Origin: Bugula neritina
Lineage: Eukaryota > Animalia > Bryozoa
NCBI GenBank assembly: GCA_964035545.1
Contig: OZ037769.1
Location: 3,949,929 to 4,013,928, forward strand
Length of the DNA stretch: 64,000 nucleotides
Reading direction: 5' to 3'
Under the pieces are notes generated by a model. The model was not told the origin of the DNA. It made no database searches and was given only the letters and a program-made list of their open reading frames with translations. Below, piece after piece: positions 39,571-64,000 of this stretch (its first letter is position 1; every line of letters begins with the position of its first letter). The translations under genes and the position numbers were made by a program.

Positions 39571-39690
39571 CTGAATGTGAGTCTATATGGATGAAAGTCA
39601 GGTGAGTTGTGACTGATGAGTTATCGGAAAGCACCAACTTTTATACCCTTGGAGGCACCATGTGTTGGTTCCCATCGCCACACTGACGTA
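39571..39690 (-). promoter_or_regulatory. Core promoter and non-coding exon 1 of the peptide-precursor gene: TATA box, Inr, CRE-like site
   Basis: On the minus strand, TATAAAA (39645-39639) lies 31 nt upstream of the A (39614) of an initiator TCAGTC. Exon 1 (39614-39571) ends CAG|GTAAT and can splice to the acceptor at 39291, 10 nt before the ATG. TGACGTA lies at 39684-39690. Confidence 0.78.
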
Positions 39691-41593
39691 TGCAGAAATT
39701 CTATTATATTTTAGACTAAGATTCAAGAATATATCAAAGTTTCTAAGTATGTGTTATAAGTTAAATTTTTCTAATGCTTACGGTTTGGGTCCCAGAATGG
39801 AGCTCTCTATGTAATGCATGCATCTCTAATTACTATACAGTAATACTGCTTAAATATTGTTGCATCATATCATGGCAAGGTTTTTATATTTTCCAATGTT
39901 TTGCTCTAATGGTGCTTGTTTTCTGCACTTTGTAAGAATACACATTTTATTCTTAAGCTAAGATAAACACTTCGAATTTTTTAAGAACCAATCTGGTTCA
40001 AAGAATTAGATCCCTGAAACGTAAATGTTATTACGACCATCACTATTTAAGTATTTATGAAAAGTTTTATTTTTTAAAACTAATATTAACATTGTAAAAT
40101 TCTTGTTATAAAAGAACTTTTTTAAATTTTTAGCTTCTCAAACTACTGATATATGTCTGTATAGGTTATTGGCTAGGTACGTAAAATCCATGTGCATATC
40201 TACTGCATATACACACTAATTAAAAGGTTTAACAATTAGCTTCAAGCAGAGCTTTTCTCACATCATAATTCTGGCCTCCTTGAGAACTTTTAATTTTTAT
40301 ATATAAATTCATTAAATTGCTCTGTTTTTTTTTAAATTTTTGTAATTGTGTATGACTTTGTCATCTACATGTTGAAATATAAACATCTTACTATAGATAA
40401 AGTTTTCATTTGCTCTCATCTTAACTATAAGCATGTAAAACAAGCTATACAAATTGTTGTCATGGCATTTGTTTTTTAGCTTTAGTATTTGACTTCATCT
40501 ATAGACATAACTTTGATATATATAGTAACAGAAAAAATTTCAACTTTTAATTATACTGCTTATATATACCACTAGTTAAAAAATAAAACCTTAATATATA
40601 AAATGGTATATATAACATAAATTTTAGTCATGACCAATAGATAGTAATGCATATTTTTCAGTAAAACTGTCTTCTTGTATATAGCAGTTAAGGTGCAAAT
40701 ACTGTCCTGGTGCATTCTTAATGTATAGCTATAAGGAATAGCTGCCAATAGGGGGTGTTTATTATTTACCCAAGACAGAATATGTTTGTTACAAACCCAT
40801 AAAATAGGGTGAGAACTTAGGCTAAAGGATTGTAATTTAGATGTCCTTTGTTTTTACCACATTCCAAAAAGTGTTAAATGGCAAACCTGAAAACAAATGA
40901 TAAATTAAACAGCAAACAAAATAATTAAAGTTAATAAATAATACAATAAACTGTTTGGCAAACTGAATGAAAACTCAAGCGAGTAAACTAAAGGGCGTTT
41001 ATCTTCTGAAATTTGAGAAATAGCAGATGGCTGATACTATAATGTATTTAATTTATAACATGAACGTTATCTAAAACTTTATTATATAACATATTATTAT
41101 TATCAGTGATGCTTTATAGGCTGTTTATAACTGACACTATGTTTTATATTCTAGCTTACCATGAGAACTGCCAGAAGTTTATAAGCTAATACAGCAGACT
41201 CTTTATTAGTGAATCGATGTCTCCTTAAAGATAACACTTTCGTGTTGGCTGTTGGCAGGTGAAGAAAATTATATGAGTTTTAACACAAAAGATCAAAAAA
41301 GGCTGGTCCTTATTGAATCTGTGTTTATATAAAACATAAAAATTGTGGTGGTTACTGAAAAGTAAAAGAAAAGACCTAGCCAATCTAGCATTTATTTTTT
41401 GACTGTTTCATTGGATAAACTTTTAACATTTGCAAGCTTTTCCCTCTCTTAAACACTGATACGTTCATATTAGGATTGCAAAATTTCTTTTGCCAACCTA
41501 CAACGTTTATTATGAGAGTTAAATAACATAAAACTATTATACTTCGTACAATACAATACTCATTATGATAATTTTAGGAAAAAACCTGCCCCT

Positions 41594-41790
41594 ATAGGCC
41601 TGATGGTTAGACCGTTTGGCTTACTAAGCATGGAGTCATGGGTTTGAACCCAGTAAAGGCCATAGGTAATGTTATGAAGAGCTTCCAGTTATAATATCTC
41701 CTGTGCCACGTATAAATATGACCTTAGCTTGCTTCAAAAACTCTTTCCTTCAAGGGTTCTCACGCCCAGGGTGATGATAAACTTGCACGA
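41594..41790 (+). mobile_element. tRNA-derived SINE
   Basis: A-box-like TAGGCCTGATGGTTAG and B-box-like GGTTTGAACCC, followed by a non-tRNA body homologous to the copy at 23255-23460. Confidence 0.75.
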
Positions 41791-42879
41791 GTGTTTTTTT
41801 TTATAATGATTTTTATGCAATAGCTTGATTAGAATGAACTTGAAGGTCTGATCCCATAATGCAGTTGAATAAACAATTACCCTCAATTTATATTCATATA
41901 TAAAAGGAAAATTCAAGTAAATGAACAGTTTTATCTTGCCTTGATTTGACAGAAAAAACAATAATATTTTTTGAGGAAATAAAACCAACTAGTTTATCTA
42001 GCTGCTTTATACCAAATTGAACTTTTAATACCAATACAGTATAGGATAATAGGTAAAATCTAATTTGAATCTTAAATATCAAAGTAAGACTTTTAATTGC
42101 TAATCAGTGTTTTATTTCTAACAGGCAACAGTTTTTTCCAATTACATATAAAGCAGTATTTTAGTTTGAATTATACATATATGCATGCTGTCCCTTTCCA
42201 GATTAAGTGATCAACATTAAACCGCATTCAGGCAGTTGACTACAACGACATAGTTGACGTGGGCACATATCTAATCTTCATCCCTGAGAGCCAGCATTTG
42301 GAGAGTTGAAAAGTGAGAGTAAAGTTTAATCTCTGGTATAATGAATTCTCAGACAGGCCTTATAACGGGAACTATAGAGTTCACAGTAAAGACATCAATG
42401 CCAGATAGCAGTTGCTGCTTCCGCATGCAGAGTTATACATGCAAACACCTGAAGGGTTTAAGACTTTACATTTCATACAACTATTATAATACACGTGCCT
42501 GCATAGATTATAGTCTTTGCTCAATTTATATTATCGATTCATAAATTAAACCCAACAGCTTACAGCAGGGATGGGCAAATGTTTTTGAAATCGGGCCAGA
42601 TCTCAAGATTTAAGGCGTAAGAAGGACCTGGTTTGTTCATTGTAAATTCAAGGTATACAATGCTGCATTACCAAATGCAAATACAAATTGCTTTTTTTTC
42701 GTTTCCTGGGCTGAAAATATGAATTGCAGAATGTTGATGCAGAATACAAAACATATGACAGTTTATTAATTTAACAACAGGTTATATATAGTTCACTAAG
42801 CAAGAAAACAGCGAAAACCTTGATTGGGTACACTTATAGCACTGTAATTAGTGAGACATATGAAAACACTTTTAGCTCT

Positions 42880-43068
42880 AATGTCACTGTTAGTAATGGG
42901 TTCATGTTTGGCTACTCGAAGCAAATCTTGCAGATGCTCATTGGTAAGCTGTGTTTTATTACTAATTTTTATACGGTTCATGCTAGAAAATATGCATTCA
43001 CATTTATAAGCATAACCAAATATGCTCAGTACTCTTAGTCCCAGTTTAGCTAGTGTAGGGTACTTCTC
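42880..43068 (-). pseudogene. hAT transposase C-terminal dimerisation-domain remnant
   Basis: The minus frame reads EKYPTLAKLGLRVLSIFGYAYKCECIFSSMNRIKISNKTQLTNEHLQDLLRV. This fits the Buster/GTF2IRD2/EPM2AIP1-type pattern YPxL...LSxFGSTYxCExxFSxMxxxK...RxxLTxEHLxxxLR. Confidence 0.85.
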
Positions 43069-43278
43069 ACTGGTTCATGGTGAAGTGTAGAAGCTAACGG
43101 TTGTTGTTGCAGCAATAGGGGATTGATCTGCTACAGCAGCAACATCACATAACTCAAGTTTATTAAATCTGCTATACTTAAGCTCACTGAAGCGTGATTC
43201 TTAGTTTTAGTAGCTATACATTGGCCAGAATCTTCTTATGAGTCATGCTCATGATTGGCCAGTGTTGCTTAGTACACA

Positions 43279-45317
<2,039 letters not shown>

Positions 45318-47160
45318 AGTACACACATTGTATGAATGATTAAGAAACCAATGAAGTTCTTAGAATTACTAGTGATTGGCTGAAGGCCTGACTGAAACAG
45401 CTGTAGGAAGGCCTGATGTGGTCTGCGGGCGCCATTTGCCCATCCCTGGCTTACAGGTTTGAAATTTTCATTCCATAAAATTTTTTGCCACATATTATGT
45501 ATGTCGGTAGTTAAGTTGGCAAATAGTATTCTTGTAAATGATTAATTTTTTAAAAATCTTGTCAAAGCTGTGAATTCTAGTGAGAGAATTAAATTTTTTA
45601 TGTATGGTTTAAACTTTAAATAATAGAACTTATACACCAATTACATGCATGCTTATTGGTCAATTATATGCGTGCCTATTGGCTGTAAACTAATAACATA
45701 AAGGCTGATATTACTTAGGGTTGAAGTATCACATGCTGAATCTATTAAACAAGTGAAACAGCAAACGTAGCCTGATGACATCAAACTTCTCAGACTCAGA
45801 CTACATCTAGCCTTCTAAATAACTTAAAGTTATTCAAATATATATGACTGTAGTTTCGACATGTGCAGTGCCAAGCTAAACATAGCTATAGGCTTATAAT
45901 TCTACACTCTACAGCTCCTGAACTTACAGTTACAGCACAACTGTTTTTGGCCAGATCTGCTATTGGTAGCTGAGGAGTTAGATGTTTTTAAGCAGACCTT
46001 CAAATAAACAGTATATTTTAATAGATGAAAAATGACAATCACAAAGTTATTTGCAATTGTCATTATTATTCTACTAACTTTTTAGAAACCGGCTTGCTTT
46101 GAATCTGAAGAGAATCCTGTCACTGCCAACAAGTTAGGTATTGCCCAGCTTCTTCAAAGTATATAGCTGACAATAAGGTTCATCCACATTGTACCCAGCA
46201 CATTGTATCCAGGACAGGTGGAGTGAAGACAAATTGCATTTCATTGCATTGCCATTTAAGGAATACTTTTAGCAACTTGAAGACATTTTGTACGAGATTC
46301 ATTAATTTTGTGACATTGATATTGTACTTACTTAATAGACAAAATCAAGAACTAGGTGCAAGGTGCTTAATAAAAAGTTGCAACAGAAGAGGTTGTGTAC
46401 AAGTATAAGTATTAGAGTATCCAGTTAGCAGCTTACCATAGGCCATTATATTTGCTGCTTGTAGTGACAGGTGTGTTTATATTGCTGCAGAGGAATTAGA
46501 CTTTAGAGTATAAATAATTGAAATATTTGTACTTCCATCAACTCATGAGAGATCAAAGTGACTAGCTGATGGTGTAGAAGATTACTTAAAGAATGCTTGC
46601 TCCATTACAGAACGTAAATATACCAGATATAATAATTATTGGCAAGCAAATGAAATTTATTTCTATAGGTTAATAGCAAAGTATTTAAGAGCAAAAAGGT
46701 ACGCAAGACTTTTTATCAAGAATATAGTTAATGTCATACACATACTTCATTACGATAAAGGTCTCACCTGGATGGTATAACATGATGCATACAATGACTG
46801 TAGAACTTTACAAGGCTTTCGGTATATGCAAACATTTTTCTAGCCAACAGTTATGCAATTAATTTGGTTTAATTATTACTTTTAATTTATTTATTTTGGC
46901 TTCACAAGCTACCATAACAATCCTTAATTACAAGCTCAATCACATAAATTAATATTGACACAAGAATCGTGGTAACAAAAACTTTATTTGATATTCAACA
47001 CAAATTAGCATATCATAGTATATAATAAAGAGATACAATTGCAGTATACAACAATCAAACTGTTCCAAGCTAGAGAAGTTGGTAGAGCTTTTCTTTGTTA
47101 GTTACGGATATTCATCAGACGTATTGCTAGTAGAGTATGTATATTATAAGCGCACTTGGT

Positions 47161-49592
47161 TTAGAAGCCGTGAACCTGTAAACACAAAAATACCAGATAT
47201 TTTAAACTATTTATTCACTAAGTCCTACAAACAACACGCTTTAAAGTTTGTTAGCATCAGATTAGAGTGTCCGTAGTCCGTACCAATAGATTATTCAGAT
47301 AAAATTAGAAGTTGCACACCTTTTCACAACCTATGCACATGTATACACAACTCCAACAAACTAAACTACATCACTAGTCAAATAAAGGTTCAACAAAACT
47401 GCTGAGCAGTGGGTTCATAGGATAATGCATCCCTCTTTCCACTGTTTGTACTGTAAACTGTCAACTAATAGTTATGCTAGTATTCATTTACTATAATAAA
47501 TACTTCATTTACCATCACAAGTAAAACTTGTGTAGTGAATAGATTATTTACATAAACTAAATTATACAAGCACCTAGACCACCTCTTCCTTTGATGGATA
47601 AAAGGTTGAGATTTCGCACTAACCTTGAGCTGCGATTCGTCAGCCAGATTCATTCTTAAAAGGAAGTCTTTGATGGACATTCTCTGATCACCCTGTAGCT
47701 GTATAACCTCCCCCCACTCGGCATGCTCCACCACTGTACCATTGCAGGCAAACTCCTACACAAGTACATGTGTGTACCTACACTACACAGCAACTTTACA
47801 CAAGCTTCACGGAGCTTACGCCAGATAAGTAGCTGATGTTTAATTGAAGCAAATGTGTCGAGTAGATACTACGTCTAGTTTTATAAATTGAACCACAGGC
47901 TAAATAGAAAACCACTAAGGTACCTTTTTGCATGTTTTCACAATCTTTTTTAAATCGTATTTAGGATTAATTCCTTGCACAGTGGTTAATGTCTTTCGTC
48001 CATTCCTTTGCTGAATTCTTATGTGAATGAAGTCTTCACCATGTGCTCCACCCTTGTCATCCTTAGAAGCATCAGCAAACGGGTCTACAAATTAGAAAAC
48101 AAACTCTCATTGATAAAGATTACTATACCCATTGTCTATAATATATTTAGCCATATTTGGATGTAATTGTTCACTCAAAGCTAAATACTGGCAAAAATAA
48201 ATATCATCTTGCAGATTTCTTACGCAAACGAAAAAATTAGTCAACTGTTGAATATTTACTGTGAATATAGCAATAAACAAACTAAAACCAAGAAAATAAG
48301 AAAATCAAACAAATAACTTAAACTTTAAGTATAGTACTATTATTATGCATCAATATTAATTTAAGTAAAGAGCTGCTGCTACATATTAAACTTCAAGTCA
48401 AATCTTTTGCTAGCCACAGCCCTATCTATCACTGTCACATCAATAAATTATAATCATAATCATATTGCTAATATCAGTTATACTTCTATAACTTATTATT
48501 ATTAGTTATTAGCATGCATTTGATGTAGTATAAGTTTTAATTTTAGTCTGTCACTATTACTAGTAGTAGCATTACTAGTACAATAGTATTAATCAACAAC
48601 CAACATGAATAGACATAGGCTAGTATTACTATTACTATTGGCATTAGTAGCTTAGGATCACCGCAAGTATAAATATAAATAAGTATAAATAAACATGGCT
48701 CAATGGCTGACTAAATTCAGATTGTTACTCTTACTCTTACTATTAACAAATATTACTATAACACTAAATGACTAATAAGTAATAGTAATACTATTACCTA
48801 CTATTAGTAAAATCATTGGTAACAATTTACTTTAGTGAGTCATACTCATGCTCCTATTGATAATATTAATACATAATGTTGCATAATGATACTATTAGTA
48901 TTACTAACAGTAATACTCATACTATGACATTTAATAATTACCAAAGTAGTCAGTAGAGACTAAATCGCTATGATATTGATAGCAATACTAATAGTAATAG
49001 TTATAGTTTAAATTATCAACACTAGCCTAGTCTAGTCACACTCATAGTGATAGTGAATATTCATAATTATAATAACAACCTGAAATTGAAAGTTAAACTA
49101 AATAACAATCGTAGCGATAATAATAATGATAGTGATACTGATAGTTCACAGTACTGGTACATGTACTAGAAGTAGTAGACGTACTCGGTTCTGTACTCGT
49201 AGTCCAAGTTATAATAATAATTATAATCATGATAATGATTCATTGATTGATGATCATTATGATAATAAAAATCATACTCATAGTGATGGTGGTAGTCAAC
49301 TGTCAATGTCATAGTGACAAACAATTTGAATTTGAAGTTTTAATTACAATTTGAATTATTGATAATAATTTACTGATAATCAATATCATAAAATTAAATT
49401 ATAATAATAATCACACTGATAATGTTTAATTTATAATTAATTTATCTTTAAAAAAATCTATAATATTAATTATAAATTAAAATACGAATATTGGAATAAT
49501 CAAAATGAAAATGAATTATTTTAATTTTATAAATATATTATCAATTATAATTATTAATTACCGAAAGTGGTGAGATTTTGGATATTGGACAT
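47161..49592 (-). CDS. EIF1: Eukaryotic translation initiation factor 1 (SUI1)
   Basis: Exons 49592-49562, 48084-47924, 47755-47624 and 47175-47161: MSNIQNLTTF/DPFADASK...IHIRIQQRNGRKTLTTVQGI...KK/EFACNGTVVEHAEWGEVIQLQGDQR...QLK/VHGF*. Confidence 0.98.
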
Positions 49593-51768
49593 AGAAATGA
49601 TGGATGCTGACTCCTTTAATATTAAACTGGTTTAAGATGGTTTAGTAAATGCGACGAAGAATGACCAATTTTACTTAAAGCAGTCAAGAATATCAAGATA
49701 GCTAATTGAACTTAGATGGAAACTTCAACTTGTAAAGTAAGTTAAAATGCACGTTAGTAGAATTGAACAATACCGGAAATGAAAATTTGACCAAAATGTA
49801 GTTTGACTGCATATTACTATTTTAAAAATAGTAATGATCGTAATTCTAAAATTTATAAAAAAAATTTTGCAAATTTAAAAAATATAATTCCATTTCATGA
49901 CATATTGATAATCTGTGAACAACTGGAAGAAAAAATAAATTTGGAATGACAACCCCATATAAGTTTTATAAAAAAGCTATTGAAGGCAAATTATACATCA
50001 GAAATCTGACACTTAAGAACTTTTTAACTTTGTATGGTTATTGAGTTTTTCTCCACACAATTAAAATACGTGATGTTGTAATATTTGCATTGGCTGGTGT
50101 CCTGAAACACATTATTATGTAGTTTGCATTATTTGTTATTCCATAATATAGCTCAATTACATACAATTAATTTATTGACCACATGGTCTGTTGACTAACG
50201 GTGATATTCATTATCATATTAGTGTTTAGGTTTTGTAGTAAAAGTTAGCTTATTTTTGCTGATCAAAAATTATGACAGATCTTCATGTTGTATTACTCGT
50301 AATTAACCTTGTTATGTCATATAAAAAGTAATACTGCATGTGACTATGTTAGCACAATCCGTTGCATGCAGCATGCTGACACTATGCTTTTCAATTAATT
50401 TAAATTGACACTATCATTAAATAGATTTAATTAATTGGAATAAATATTTACAGCATCTTATAACAAAATTTTTTAAAAATTTTTTTTTATAAATTCTTGC
50501 ATTAACTAATTCCAGTTTTATTGTTCTTCAACGTAAAAGTTTATTATAAAATACATATAAAAAGTACAACAGTTACTGGGAGGATAACTCTAAACTTTGA
50601 ATATAAAATATTCGAGGCTTATAACATGAAATCATTATTTATAACAGACACAGAATCATTAGATGAAGAAACATCAAATTTTCTCAAAGTAAAAATGTTT
50701 ATTTATCACCAGTTAAATTTTGTTTTATTCTATATCAATGGATGACCTTCACATGGCCACATTGACCATAATTTTACACTGTGAGTGATAAATTGCAATT
50801 TTGAAGAAAAAGAAAAAGCGTTACACAGGATTATTTTATATCAAAATGTAAATAGTGCCCTGCTTTATTGCTTGTATTATTTGCAATGTTTGATATACCA
50901 GAATAAGTGAATATATATTATATATAAAATAATTATGTTCTGATCGTTAATCTAATATGATAAAATAATAACCCAGACTCAAAATACAGCTGGGTATAAC
51001 ACAATAACCACATTATATTTGGTGAGCAACTTTGCGTTGTAACCTAAAGCAGTATTGGTTCACATAATAATTGATTTTCTAACAATGGTTTTGATCAAGT
51101 TAACTATTTCATTATAATCATATATCATGATTGTTAACCTTAATGCATCATGCTTACTGTTAACTTTGGAGGGAGCCTATAGAGATAAGAACAATTAAAC
51201 ACTCTTTTTCATAGAATGCTTGGAAACATAAACGTAAAAACCTGATTCTGTTATTTATAATAGAATGTTTGGTAAGTCAAAGATTAGTACGCTTCTACAC
51301 TTGGACTTAATTACTATAATAATGATGCAATTAATCATTAATAAACTATTCAGTAATAGGCTAATAGCAATAGGCCTACTGATAGTAATAAACTAGAAGC
51401 TGTAAACTATAGTTATGTTTATACAATGTGAACTTTTAAAAACTTTACATGCTTTAAATTGCTTTAATGTCAAAAGATTGCCTGTCCCTTTACTTAACCA
51501 TATTATAGTTCAACAAACTAACTCATGTGTTATAATAATCCCTTTGAGGTTTAACTACTGTATAGAAATACTTTACCAAACATTTCCAAATCTGCACCAT
51601 ACTTTATTACATCATTCCCAATTAAAAAATAACAAATGATAATAATTTCTACTAAAATTATGTCATGTTGACAAAGTTGTTTAAAAATTACCTTTATAGT
51701 TTAAATCATAAATAGTTTACTCTTTGTGTTACTACATTAACTGCCTGGATTAATAGTTTGATAATATT

Positions 51769-63460
<11,692 letters not shown>

Positions 63461-63469
63461 TGTTTGTAC

Positions 63470-63855
63470 ATATGTTAGTAGCATATGACACATGTCAGTA
63501 GTATGACACATGTCGCTAATATGACACATGTCACTAATATGACACATGTTAGTATAGTATGACACATGTCACTAATAGGACACATGTTAGTAGTATGACA
63601 CATGTCACCAATATGACATATGTTAGTAGCATATGACACAAGTCACCAATATGACACATGTCAGTAATATGACACATGTTAGTAGTGTGACACATGTTAG
63701 TATAGTGTGACACATGTCACTAATATGACACATGTCAGTAGTATGACTCATGTCACTAACATGACACATGTCAGTAGTGTGACACATGTCAGTAGCTAGT
63801 GTGACACATGTCACTAATATGACACATGTTAGTAGTTTGACACGTGTCAGTAGTG
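63470..63855. repeat. 18-bp minisatellite TGACACATGT(C/T)A(C/G)TA(A/G)TA, about 20 copies
   Basis: Head-to-tail copies around an ACATGT palindrome. It generates the spurious DMCH/TCVI ORFs. Confidence 0.93.
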
Positions 63856-64000
63856 TGTAGTAGTGGCAGGTGTAAGTGTAGGTATAGGTGTAGGTATAAT
63901 CACAGGTACAGCAATTATATATAGTCTGTTTAAGGGCAGTCAATCAATTTTTGAGCTATTTTTAATAAAGTTAACGAAAGAAAATAAAGTAGGCTACTTT

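Noticed and set aside
39646-40100. NF-kB sites upstream of the peptide gene
   Set aside because: I found no clean GGGRNWYYCC match by eye (only weak GGGAACCAAC and AGAATTTCTG), so immune inducibility is not supported by motif evidence.
41594-41670. Functional tRNA gene
   Set aside because: The A/B boxes are degenerate and I cannot build a convincing cloverleaf. The sequence continues into a body shared with another dispersed copy, as expected for a SINE.
63623-63943. 106-aa Cys/His-rich ORF
   Set aside because: It is a translation of the 18-bp intronic minisatellite.

Overview
AT-rich, intron-rich animal (probably invertebrate) nuclear DNA, not prokaryotic. The left part is a compact housekeeping cluster: the 3' end of PGM3 (+), NDUFS4 (-) head-to-head with MLH1 (+), TTC32 (+), and a LysM/transmembrane LYSMD3/4-like gene (-) head-to-head with HDAC11 (+). 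The most notable object is a minus-strand gene at 28110-39614, invisible in the ORF track except as fragments. Splicing by hand gives a TATA+Inr promoter, a non-coding first exon and 13 coding exons joined by phase-1 introns. These encode a 607-aa secreted polyprotein: signal peptide, 80-aa acidic pro-region, then ten tandem 43-50-aa cationic Ala/Gly/Lys-rich peptides, one per exon. Each peptide has an internal C-X5-C loop, and each is followed by G-KR or, for the last, G-stop (convertase cleavage plus amidation signals). The exon+intron units have been amplified recently in near-identical 0.88/1.26-kb blocks. This looks like a multi-copy antimicrobial/cytolytic or hormone-like peptide precursor from a family I do not recognise. 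To its right lie a hAT transposon nested inside another hAT (both with 8-bp TSDs), a tRNA-derived SINE (second copy in a HDAC11 intron), eIF1 (-) with its poor start context, and the 3' part of a large uncharacterised coiled-coil/low-complexity gene (-). All exon structures were read by eye; no database searches were run.
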